A stretch of DNA of 46,639 bases from Octopus bimaculoides (taxonomy: Eukaryota): positions 13,514,112 through 13,560,750 of the forward strand of contig NC_068995.1 in the NCBI RefSeq assembly GCF_001194135.2, in the 5' to 3' direction. Below, one piece after another: positions 9,201-22,218 of the stretch; position 1 is the stretch's first letter; each line of letters starts with the position of its first letter. The position numbers and the translations under genes are program-made. A model generated the notes under the pieces. The model was given only the letters and a program-made list of their open reading frames with translations. It was not told the origin of the DNA and made no database searches.

Positions 9201-12200
9201 TCTTTTATTCACTTGATGCAATATATAGTCAGTGATGGTGTGAGGGTAGTTGCTATGGCATTGAGGTAGATCTGGCCACCCCCGTTAACGGGGACAAAAC
9301 CTGGATTTAAAACACTGGATGATGATGATGATGATGCCTCTTAATAGATACATTGTGTTGTCAGTGAACATGTCACAAACTGTGATGTATAAAGTTTAAT
9401 AACATTTATCTTTTGCTTGTTTCAGTCATTAGATAGTGGCCATGCTGGAGCACTAGTCTGAATGGTTTTAGTTGAACAAATCAACACTTGTACTTATGCT
9501 TTTTTTTTTTTGTTTCTTTGTCAGTCTGATAGTTACTCCATTGGTCTCTCTTGCTGAAGGTAGGAGAGTCATCCAGTCATAGAACACTGCCTCAGAAAAT
9601 CCAGCCAATGCTTACCAGCATGGGAAAAACGATGGTGGTGGTGGTTGTATTGATGATGATGGGTGAGGTGATAGTGGTGGTGAGGATTACGATGACAGGT
9701 GGAGGTGATGGTGATGATGGTTGCACTGGTGGTGCCACTACTACTGCAGCTGCTACCACCATCAATTGTTCATCATCATCATCTCTGCTCTATTTAAAAA
9801 TACATCACTGCAGGAGGAAAATGATACCAAAGTCCAATCTTTTACACTTATCAGTACTATAGATATTTAGAGTGATACCATGATGCCATATATGGTCAGG
9901 AATATATATAACAACTTTTTTGTGCTATAAGTTCTAAACACCTCCTCCCCACCAATATTCTTCCTCCAGTCCTATGTAAATTGCCATATCATGTTATAGA
10001 TAATGCATCTGATATCTTTATATATTTATGGTTGGCAGATGATTGAATTCAGTCTTTCTATTTATCGTATTTATGTGTTGTATGTGTATGTGCATGTGTG
10101 CTTTTAAATTAATTTCTTTTTTATTTTAATTTTTCACATGTTTTTCTTTGTCTCTGTTATTTTTTAAAAATTCTCAATGAATCTTTCAAAAGACTTCTAT
10201 ATTGCAATTCTTTTGCTACTCTTCTCTATAGTTTGTTGATTGCCCCCTGTATAGATCTTTCATTGATTTTTATCACTTTGTTGTCTAGAAATCTATAATT
10301 CTCACCATTTCTTTTATATCATTATTCATTAAATAACCTCTGCAGTATGGGTAACCGAGTCAATTGGGTATTGAGTGACCAACTGGGAGATTGATGGTTC
10401 CCTTCCTATCATTGGCACTGTATTGTGCCAAAGCCAAGAAACTGAAATTACATGAGGCAACTCCTTATAGCTCAAATTAAGTATTACTACATAGTGATGA
10501 GGGTGGTGATGGTGATGGGTGTTGGTGTTTAGCCCAGGTCAGTTATGACTGAGCCGACCTATGGTTAAAGACATTCTGGTCATGACCCTCCCATTTTATT
10601 TTAAGACTAGGATGTGATTTGAAGGAAATTTTGCTGATATTTCTACCACATAGAGACTCTTCTCAACGAATGCCTTGCAGGATGGTTATTGGCAATTAAC
10701 CTCAAATCAGCCTTGATCAAGCAGACATATGATCAGGGCTATCCCAGCCTTGACCATTCAGATTTTTTAAGAGTGACTAAAACTTTAATAAGTAAGCACT
10801 CTAGTTTTATGTCAAGCTCAGACTGACGTTGAGCTTGTGACATCTGGACTATTTATTATCAGGCACCCAGATCGGTAAAGCACTCAGTGGAATGTCCATA
10901 TCAATAGCGTCTGAAGTTGAGGTTGGTGGAGTGTGTAAGCACCAACAGCCAATGAACAAGCCTAGGCATCAATGAGGGCAGTCTGAATAAACTCTTCTAA
11001 TACACTTTCAGATTGGGTGGTGGCGGTGGCTGTTGGAGGTGGTCGTGGTGGTGTGGCACAGAACAATCCAAAATAAACTTTATAGACATGGCAGTGCACT
11101 CATTATGGCCTGTTTGAGACGCATGTAGAGCAGTGGTTCTCATCCAAGGTCTATATAGCCCTTGGGAGTCCGCATAAGATTTTGTTAGAATTTATGTGCA
11201 ATAAAATTGATTATGCTTCTACATAACACAAAATATTACGAAATTTTTTTAATACAATTCCTGATATTCAATTATAAAAATGCAATAGGATTTTATTTCA
11301 ATACCAAATGGCTATGGGGTTCCAGTAAAGTGAAATAGGAATCAAAGGGGTCCATAGATAAAAAAAAATAATATTTGAGAACCACTGATGTAGAGCAATA
11401 AAATTCTCTGTGTCCACTTGTTCAGTATCCAGACTTTACCAAGTTGTAGGGTTATGCCATACACCTGTTATTATGAATAGTACAAATCTAGCTGTCTGCT
11501 GAGTTTTAGACTTTTTGCAGTCTGGTAGCTAGAACAAAAGGGATTAGTGTAGTTGGTGGACAAGATTGTGTGGGACTAAGGACAAACATTTTCCTATCTG
11601 ACCAAACATGTTACCAACTTTTTCCAATGTCCTATTGAAAAGATGAGTGAGAGCAGAGAGTGAAGTGCTACCCTCCTGTAAAATTGCTGAAAAGTGGTTG
11701 AAAGTGGCAAGCATAGTATGCCTGGCTGATTTCTATCTCAAATTTCATATGTAATTTCCTAACAAGGAGAAGGCTTTAGTGCTGATGAACATCTGAATAT
11801 TCATGGGGTGCCATGCTTTGTTCTAAGTGTGTGCTCCACTTTTGAGATATATACATCGTCCAACCCATGCTAGCATGGAAAGCGGACGTTAAACGATGAT
11901 GATGATGATGATGATGATACACATTATATATTTTATATTTTTTTCCTTTTGATGCATGTGTTTATTCGTTTTTTTATTTGTTTCACTCTACATAAAACTC
12001 CCACTGTTTTTGCAACCTGTCTTTGTAATGTCTCCCATTCATCATCTTTGTGGCAAATAAAGAACCAGTAATTATTGGCAGGATTCTTAGAGCATCAGAC
12101 AAAAATGCTTTGTGAGATTTCTTCCAACTCATTATGTTCTAACTTCAAATTCTGCCAGGGATAACTGTCCATTTCATCCCTCCAGGGTCAGTAATATAAA

Positions 12201-15200
12201 ATACCAGTCAAATACTGGACTTGATGTAACTGACTTGCCCCTTCCTCTCAAATTATCAACTTTATGCCTGAATTAGTAAAAATTCTTGTTGTTATCATTT
12301 AGGTGTCAGGCTGGTAGAATTGTTAGTATACTGGACAGAATACTTAGCAACATTTTGTCCAGCTTTATGTTTAGAATTCGAATTCTGCTGAGATCAACTT
12401 TGCCTGTCATCCCTTTAGGGTTGATAAAATAAGTACCACTTGAGAGCACTGATGTCAGTATAATCAACAAGCTCCTTTCCTTAAAATTTCAGGCTTTGCA
12501 CCTACAGTAGAAAGGATTATTATTATTATTAATATAAAGTCAGTGAGCTAACAGAATAATTAGCATATTGGGTAAAATGCTTAGTGCCATTTCCTCCAAC
12601 GCTTTACGTTCTGAGTTCAAATTCCGCTGAGGTTGACTTTGCCTTTCATCCTCTCAGGATCATTAAAATAAGTATTGGGGTTGATGTAATCAACTTACCA
12701 CCTCCTTTGAAATTACTGGCCTTGTTCCCAAATTTGAAACTATTATTATTATTATTATAAATAATGAACCGAAATTATTTATGTTATTATTCATTTACCT
12801 GAGCTTGTGGTGGCAAGTTCACAGAATCATTAGCATGTCAGGCAAAATGCTTAGTGGCATTTTGTCTCTCTTTATGTTCTGAGTTCAAGTTCTGCTGAGG
12901 CCAACTTTATCTTTCATCCCATTAGGGGTTAATAAAATAAGTAGCAGTTGAGTGCTGGGGTTGATGTAATCAACTTACCCCTTCCCCCAAAATTTCTGGC
13001 TTTGTACCAAAATTTGAAATCCTTACATTTCTCTGGGTTGGTGGATTGACAGAATTGTTAAGAGGTTGGACAAAATGCTTTGTGGTATTTGTTCTGGTTC
13101 TTTACATTCTTAGTTCAAACTCCATCAAAGTCAACTTTGGCTTTCATCCCTCCAGGGTGGATAAAACAAAGTACTAGTGAAGTACTGGGTTTGATGTAAT
13201 CAACTGTTCTCCCACACATAGTTTGTAGCCTTGTATTTATGTAAGAAATTAATTATCATCATTATTATAGGCAGTGAGCTGGCAGAACTATTATTGTGCT
13301 GGGCAAAATGCTTAGCTGCATTTCATCCATCTTCACGTCCTGAGTTCAAATTCTGCCAAGGTCAACTTTGCCTTTTATCCTTTCAGGGTCGATAAGAGTG
13401 ACCCTGTTGAGCAGTGGGATCAATGAAATCGACTTACCCACTTCCCTGAAATTATTGGCCTTGCATCAAAATTTGAAACCATTATTTTTATTATAGGCAA
13501 TGAAGACTGAGTTGGCAGGATCATTAGCATGCTAGACAAAATGCTTTGCAGCATTTCGTCCATTTTTACATTCTGAGTTCAAATTCTGCTGAGGTCAACT
13601 TTGCCTTATATTCTTTCAGAGTTGGTAAAATAAGCACCAGTTAAACACTGGGGTTGATGTCATCAACTAACCCCATCCCCCCAAAATTTCAGGCCTTGTG
13701 CCTATAGTAGAAAAGATTATTATGGGCATCGGATCAGCAGAATTGGTAGAGCATAAGACAAAATACCTTTGGTATTAAGTTACACTATTTTACATCTTAA
13801 ATTTCAAATCACTCTAAGATCAACTTTGCCTTCCATCCTTTTTGGATTGATAAAATAAAGTACCAGTCAGATGCTAGGGTTGATTTAACCCTTCAGCATT
13901 CAGATTACTCTGTCAAAGGTAATACTCATTCACATCATTTAAAATTAATCTTGCATTATCTCATTGCTTTGAGATTTCAATGATGTGATTGCTTATTTTC
14001 AGAATAACATTATAGGGTAAATGTTTGAGATTGGATCTAGGTGATCTGAACATAATATAGTTAGAACATTTGAGCTGGATATGGGCAGTTTAATGTTAAA
14101 GAGTTAATAATTCAATCCCTTTCTTCAAATTTCTGACATGTACCTATCTAAAAATTCAGTTATGTTGTTTTTCCCATCATTCCTCTTTGTTCAGACATTT
14201 CATCCAAATGTTTATATTCAGTTCAATAACAAAAGGTTGCTTTTATGTAGGTGTTTTATCTGGATACAGATGGAACAGAGCAAGTGGTATGCAAATTATT
14301 TCATGAAAGTTTTGATTTTTTGCTTTTTTGTTGTCTTAGAAGATACAACTGGAGTGTTTTTTTTTTTTTAAATATTTTGTGTCTTTTTATCTTTTTATTT
14401 TGCATGTAGGCTGAGGTGAGTGTGTTCCGAATGACATTAATAAATACATTTAAATAAAAAAAATATTAACTACTAACCACTATTACTTATTATTGTAATT
14501 ATTATTGTCAGAAATCATCATCATCATCTTTATCATCATCATTGGCAGAATCATTAGCCCATTGGACAAAATGTTTAGCAGAACTTCTTCCGGCTATTTA
14601 CATTCTGAGCTCAAATCCTGCTGAAATCAACTTTGCCCTTCATCCTTTCAGGATCAATAAAATAAGATACTAGGGCTGATGTGATCAACTTGCCCCCCCC
14701 CCTCCTCCTCCTCCTCCCAAGCTGGCAGAATTATTAGTACGCTGGATAAAATGCTTACAGACATTTCTTCTAGCTTTATGTTCTGAGTTCAGAAACTGCC
14801 GCAGTAAATTTTGCCTTTCATCTTTTCATAGTCAGTTAACCTTTAGCATGCTTAGGCACGTCATGTCACCATACGAGTTTTCTCCCCTGTAACTGCAGGT
14901 GCACTGTATCACGTTGAGAAGGGAGAAAACTCATACAGCAACGTGATGTGCCTACAACATGCTAAGGGTTAAAAGAAGTACCAGCTGAGCACTGGGGTTG
15001 ATGTAATTGACTTTACCCTTCCTTTTAGTTTGCTGGCCTTGTGCCAGAATTTGAAATTATTATTATTATTATTATTGGCAAAATCCTTACAGCATCATAA
15101 AAAAATGTATTTGTTATAGCTCATTGCATTTTGAGTTCAAAATCTCACCAAGGTCAGCTTCACCTTTCATCCATGCATGGTTGATAGAAATAAAGTTCTT

Positions 15201-18200
15201 CTTTTCTTCCTTCTTCTCGAGTAGAAATGGTGAAGTAGCAGATTATTTTATACAGCATTTATCTTTGTCCCTCTTAGATCCTGACTAGAAGTCTTACCAA
15301 GGTTGACTTAGCTTTTTCATCATCCCCAGGGTTGATACACTAAGCACCTGTCAAAGAATGGTGTGGAATGGAGTAGATGATGATAGAAGGGTCAGATTAA
15401 TCAACTCTAATTTCATGTTCTGATTACATATGTGGCTATGAGACATTTTGTCACCGCCATCTTGGTGCCACTTATTTTGTGTTGCTAATTTGATGCTGAC
15501 TTACTTGACATCAGACATTTTGATGTTTCTATCATGCTTTTCCTACTCTCTCACTCTCTCTCTCTCTCTCTTTATTTGTATGAGCATCTATTTATGCTTG
15601 TATGTATGTATAATGTTTCTCTCTCTCTTTCTTTCTCTCTATTTGTATGTCTATATTTCTGCACACACATGCATGTGTATGTGTGTTTGCCTCTAGCACC
15701 AAAATATACTGTTGTCAAAATAGGTTGAGTGCCCAGTCAGCTGTGCCAAACCCTCAGCATCGAAACAGCTGTACCCAGTCATATCATTCAATTGGCGTTA
15801 GGAACAGCACCCAGCTGTAGAAACCTTGCCAAATCAGATTGGAGACTAGTACAACATCCCGGCTTATCAGTTTTCAGTCAAACCGTCCATCCCATGCCAG
15901 CGAGGAAAGCAGATATTAAATGACGATGACAATGATGATGATGATGATGATTACCATTAATAATGAGTTTATAACATGCATCTTTATTTAGCAGAGTAGT
16001 AAATGGAAATTCACTATGGGGCGAGTAATCTTCGGAAGAAGAATTCCTGTCAAGCAGGTGATTCAGCCCATTAATACCCAACACTCTAAGAGAGCCAGGC
16101 CCACTTAGGTCATGACTCCTAGGTGTCCTCCTGCTGTTTTTTGAAAAGACACTTTATCAAATGCCTCACTCATGACCCATCTTTGTTCCTGAATACAACA
16201 ATGCTGCTATGTATGCATTTTATTCCATTCTCTAAAATACTTGTGATCTCATAACTTCAATCAATTTAAGGGATTTATTTATTTTTTCTTTCATTAGTAA
16301 ACTCCTGCTTTTTCTGCCTCTGCTACAACAGCCTGTACTCCTTGCAAGTATCTTGTTGCATATCACCTTCACCAAACTCTACCCAAGTGGTACATTCTTC
16401 TCTTCTGTTCTTCTCCCCTGTTTTTTACTATGTCACATCTCCCCTGTTTTTTACTATGTCACATCTTCCCTGTCCTAAGTACTGTAGTAACCATAATGTC
16501 CATCCCTTTCACACCAGAACATCAGTTATTTGGAGTTCCCCCACTGTGTATGTTCTTCCTGTAGATGTCAACTTATTACTGTTCAAACTGAGCAGAGATT
16601 GGTTGAAATCAACATTAATATTAACCAATATTTTAGGGCCTGTAAGGCAGCAAACTGACAAAACTGTTAGCATGCTAGGCAAAATGCTTAACAGCATTTC
16701 ATCTGTCTTTACATTCTGAGTTCAGATTCTGTCAAGGTCGACTACACTTTTCGTCCTTTCAGGGTCAATAAAGTAAGTACCAGTTGAATTGCTGGTCTTG
16801 TGCTAAAATTTGAAATCAATATCTGAGGACCTGTGAATGTCATAAACACAGCCCCTTTCTCCTGAGTAATCCACCAAACCCTTCCTCCCCCAAAAAACAT
16901 ATTTTATCAAATAGATACAACACTTCTTTCTGTTATTATACCATTCATGTTACAATATCATTATCTGTACATGTTACTAATGAGGGAGATATTACACAGT
17001 TAGTTGCTGAACCTTCTTGAAATACAATCAGGTTTACTTCAAATCACACCCCTATCAAAAGATCACAGGGAACTATGTAGTCATTGATATATATAAAAAG
17101 ACATGAAGGCATAAATGTAACATATTTGATCAGAGGTACAAGGTGATATTAAAAAGTTCCTGGATTGGTTTTGTAGCACACCAACAGATGGCAGCACATG
17201 GTTGCGTGTGCAGTGACATCACTGTATTTACTTTGCAAGTTGTGAAATTTGTGTTTTTGTGATTGTGTGTGTGCTGTAGTCTGTGATTTTGTCATGGCCA
17301 GGAACAAAGAGCCAATGTGAAAGTTTGCATTGAACTCGGGAAGTCTGCTACAGAGACATTGAGCATGTTTTGGCAAGCTAACAGTGACAAGGCAATGGGT
17401 CGTACACCATATTTCAAGTGGCACGGATGCTTCAAAAGCAGAAGAATATCTCTGGAAGACCTGAGCATCATTGCCATGAGCATCATCGCCAGAAATGTAT
17501 AGTGCATCGAGAATTCATCCCTCAGGGCCAGACCATAAATTGAGAGCTCTAACTGAGCTGACATGTATTTCATCCATAACCACCATGTCTTTTTAGAGGT
17601 AACTAACCCTGGATGGTGCCATCATTGACATACAAAAAAAAAAAAAAAAAAAAAAAAAATGAAAATCATAGCTGTAACATCTTTGGTCATAGTTGTTGTT
17701 AAACCCCAGGGCAACCTTGTCTGAGCTTGGATTTGATCAAATGTATTCCTTCTTTGACCATCATGTCTTTTAGATGTAACTAACACTACATTATCCAACA
17801 TGTCTTTTTTTTCTTCTTTGTTTGAAATGGTGTTATTTGATTTGAACAAGATTTTACTGCTATTTCTAGCTAGGCATGTGACTACATTAAAAGCTCCTTC
17901 ATTGGCTCAATAAACATGTGGTTCATTTTATGGGACAAAAATTAGAACAGTGTTTCAAAATAACAGTTGTGACTCTGAAATTTATGACAAGTTGAAGTCA
18001 TTTGGTTGATGCTACATTATGCATGCTTGTTTTGAAACTGGGAAAAAAGAAAAATTAAGATCAAATGACCAGGTTTTAAGAAATTGGTGGAAATTCAATC
18101 AACTTGAATGATATGGTTTTTTATTTTAGTTCATTACTAAAACTTATTTTAGTTTATTTAGTTCATTACTAATTTCTTCCATTGCAGTCTTAATTAATTC

Positions 18201-21200
18201 AAGCAGATTGACTTTGTTATAAAATAATTAAATATTATAGTCACTAAAATATACTGATTTTCTTATAAATATCTTTATTAAATGAATGAAAAGAAATTAA
18301 ATTATTTATAAGTGAACTTAATTAAAAATATTAATTATTAATAGTTAACTTTTCATTTATATCAGTTTTTGATAAAAGTATTAACTTTTTATTTGGAATT
18401 AACTTGATTTTATGATTTTATTTTATTATTTTTTATTATTTTATTATTTTTTTTTTAGGTTTCAGAATAAATTGTGTCTATAAATAACATGTTTATAAAA
18501 AGTATAGAGATTTAATTTTATTTTCTTCTGCTTGTCCTGAATTTATTGTAATTTTCATGATTGGATTGTGTGTGTGTGTACATGTACACATTTGGCTTTG
18601 CTTGACACTTGTAATGTCTCTTTGTCCTTGTAATCTAGTTCGTTGCAGAAAATAATATTTCAGCTGAACTTAGTCCAGTATTCAGTGATAGGGTTGTTCT
18701 TCTATATGTTTAATCAATGGATGTTAGTATTTGCTTGTAACCTCTTTAGACCATAGGACACAATATCAGACTTGTAGTGTGCATCAAAAGCATAGTAGTG
18801 AATATTAATCGAGTGTGCGACATAGATGAGAAAGCATATAATAATAATAATAATAATAACAATAACAACAACAACAACACTAATCATTGAGTTAAAAGAA
18901 TGCTTGAGTTGGAGAAATGCAAGAATTTTGGAGATTTTCATAATCAAACAGATAAAAAGCTAGAATATAATAAACCAAACATAGCAATATTAGACAAAGA
19001 ATAGTGAAGTTGATTACTAATTGATCCATCATATCAGTCTGATTCCAGGATTGTAAAGAAAGGAGATGAAAAATTAAAAAAATACAATTCCTTAAAATTT
19101 GAAATTGCAAGATTTTGGAATATGAAAACTGTAAAGGTTGTACCTGTGTTACTTGGTGTATTAGGATCTGTGAGTAAAGATATAGACAAATGGTTGAAGG
19201 AGATTGGAATGGAATGTCCTCCAGAGCTTCTACTGAAAGTTTGCCTCGTAGGGACAGGAAAGATTATCAGGAGAGTTTTAAGCACTATCTAAGGTTTCCG
19301 GTAGTAACCCACATAAATTCTACCGGGAATAAGAACAAACCTGAATCAAATCACAAATAATAATTATAATACCTAATGAAAACACAAATAATGTACACAA
19401 AACAAGCCTCGAGAATAACGGCATTGTAAACATAAATTGTGAGGAGAGACCTAGCATGTGTGAAATAAAGTGTATAACAAGCCCCAGCCATGTACCTCTG
19501 AAGAACTCAATGGTAAAATAGCAACAAGAATAAAAAAGAAATTGCAAGCCTGGCTATCATGGACATAATGAAAACAGATAGAAACATCATTATCACTTAG
19601 TTAATTAATTATTATGTATGTATATGCTGCAGACACTGTAGCTATTAGAGGGAAATGGTTATAACCTCTGATCCACTCATATAGGACTATGAAAACAAAA
19701 CCCAAACAAATACTATGGAAAACAAATATACAGCAAAAGATAGAAAATTCAGAAAAAAGATCTCTCAGTTTTTAATGAAATAAGAGCACAAGTTTAAAAA
19801 GAAGACAACTACAAAAGACAACATTATCTGTGAAGTACAGAACTCAGAGCTGAAACCAAAGAATTCTTGATTGCAGCATAAGGTCAAAACCTTAAACCTT
19901 TTCACTGGAAACCACCAAAAGCATGTAATGAAACAGGATACATTGTTATGGCAGAATATGTGGCCTAGTCTTTATTGCAGTGTGGTGGCAACCTATGCAT
20001 CATATGCATGGTGAACATTATTATTACAATAATGTTCACTATGCTTATGATGATTTATTGGTTGGCAGATAAACAAAAGTCATCAACTCTTGTTCAATTC
20101 ATTAGGCAGGGTCAGCTTTACTTGAGGTGACACAACAATGTCGAAACAACACGAGTTCTAAAGTCCCCATACACTAATGAATCAAGTGTATTATAAACCT
20201 GCATTCATCTGAAAGGACAAGTTGTTCTCAATGAAATACAAGTGATTAGCATATTCATGTTTGAATTTGCTGCAATGTATTAAGAATGAATACGTATTCT
20301 TTTCTACTCTAGGCACAAGGCCTGAAATTTTTGGGGAGGGGGTCAGTCAATTAGATCAACCCCAGTATGCAACTAGTACTTAATTTCTCTACCCCGACAG
20401 GATGAAAGGCAAAGTCGGCCTCAGCGGAATTTGAACTCAGAACATACAGAGAGATGAAATACTTATTTCTTTATTGCCTACAAGGGGCTAAACATAGAGG
20501 GGACAAACAAGGACAGACAAAGGGATTAAGTCGTAACTGGTACTTAATTTATCGACCCTGAAAGGATGAAATGTAAAGTCGACCTCGGCGGAATTTGAAC
20601 TCAGAACGTAACGGCAGATGAAATACCGCCAAGCATTTCGCCCGGTGTGCTAACATTTCTGCCAGCTCCCTGCCTTAAGAATGAACATGTGTGTCATTGT
20701 TTTGATTCTCACTGTTCTGATTCTTATTGTGTGTGTGTGTGTGTGTTATATAATGTTATAGTATGTTACATAATATAGGTCAGGTACTCTGTCAGTTATG
20801 ACAAATGTTACAGTTGATTTGATCAACCTAATATCCTGTTCATGAAATTAATGTGCAGGTGGCAGAGCACTCCACAGACACACATACCCTAGTCCTCGGG
20901 GAGATTCAATATGACACAATTTAACAAGGCTGGCCCATTGAACTACAGGTGCAACTCATTTTTGCCAGCTGAGTGGGCTGGAGCAGTGCGAAATAAAATA
21001 TCTTGATGAAGGACAGAATGTGCCCCAGGAATCTAATTCATGACCTTAGAATCGTGAGCTAAATACAATAACTACAAAGCCACATACCTTCACATATATT
21101 ACATTATAAATGATAACAATCCTTTCTTCTATAGGCACAAGGCCTGGAATTTTGGTGGGGAGGGAGCTTGTCAACTATTGGGTTGGTGTATAAGTATTGC

Positions 21201-21702
21201 GGCTTTTTTTCAACAAATTTTATTCAACAAAAACAATAACATGTAACAAAAACATCTTTAAATGATTATTCCGGGGCATATTCACCATCTACTTCAATTA
21301 CTGCTTCCCATTTGCTTGGCAGATGGTCAAACCGTCATTTAAAGATGTTTTTGTTAAATATTGTTATTGTTTTTGTTGAATAAAATTTGTTGAAAAAAGC
21401 CGCAATAATTATGCACCAACCCAATACATTGACCCCAGTGCTCGACTGGTACTTATTTCATTAACCCTGAAAGGATGAAAGGCAAAGTCAGCCCCAGCAG
21501 AATTTGAATTCTTTTACTCTTTTACTTGTTTCAGTCATTTGACTGCGGCCATGCTGGAGCACCGCCTTTAGTCGAGCAAATTGACCCCAGGACTTATTCT
21601 TTGTAAGCCTAGTACTTATTCTATCGGTCTCTTTTGCCGAACCGCTAAGTTACGGGGACGTAAACACATCAGCATCAGTTGTCAAGCGATGTTGGGGCAC
21701 AA

Positions 21703-21751
<49 letters not shown>

Positions 21752-22123
21752 CGACAGGCTTCTTTCAGTTTCTGTCTACCAAATCCACTCACAAGGCTTT
21801 GGTCGGCCCGAGGCTATAGTAGAAGACACTTGCCCGAACATAAAGTTGGATGAAATGCTGCTAAGCATTTTGCCTGATATGTTAACAATTCTGCCAGCTC
21901 ACTGCCTTAATAATAATATAATGATAATATCAATACAGATTCTGCAAAAAAAATATTGAAGGAAACAACTACAAACCAATGATTTGCTTGTATTATTAGT
22001 GTGAGAAGGGCTCGTGTGTGCATCTTAGGCAGAAAAAATACAAAATATTCTTATTTAAAAGTAGTTTCATCAGTCTTCCTGATGATATTTACATTTTTCA
22101 TTATATCAGTGAAAGAAATGCAT

Positions 22124-22218
<95 letters not shown>

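Larger units (their letters stand above)
12070..15190 (+). repeat. Head-to-tail array of about 11-12 SINE family B copies separated by (ATT)n
   Basis: Repeated units gagctggcagaa...ttagc...aaaatgcttag...gttctgagttcaaatt...gactttgcctttcatcc...gataaaataagtacc; interrupted by two TTAA MITEs and a unique island at 14108-14540. Confidence 0.88.

Noticed and set aside
12070-15190. CRISPR-like or satellite array
   Set aside because: Units are 200-bp diverged interspersed SINEs found throughout the window; eukaryotic context.
20118-20160. Hammerhead-like GACA-caacaa-TGTC-GAAAC
   Set aside because: Upstream CTTGAGGT does not fit CUGANGA, and there is no clear stem I or III.
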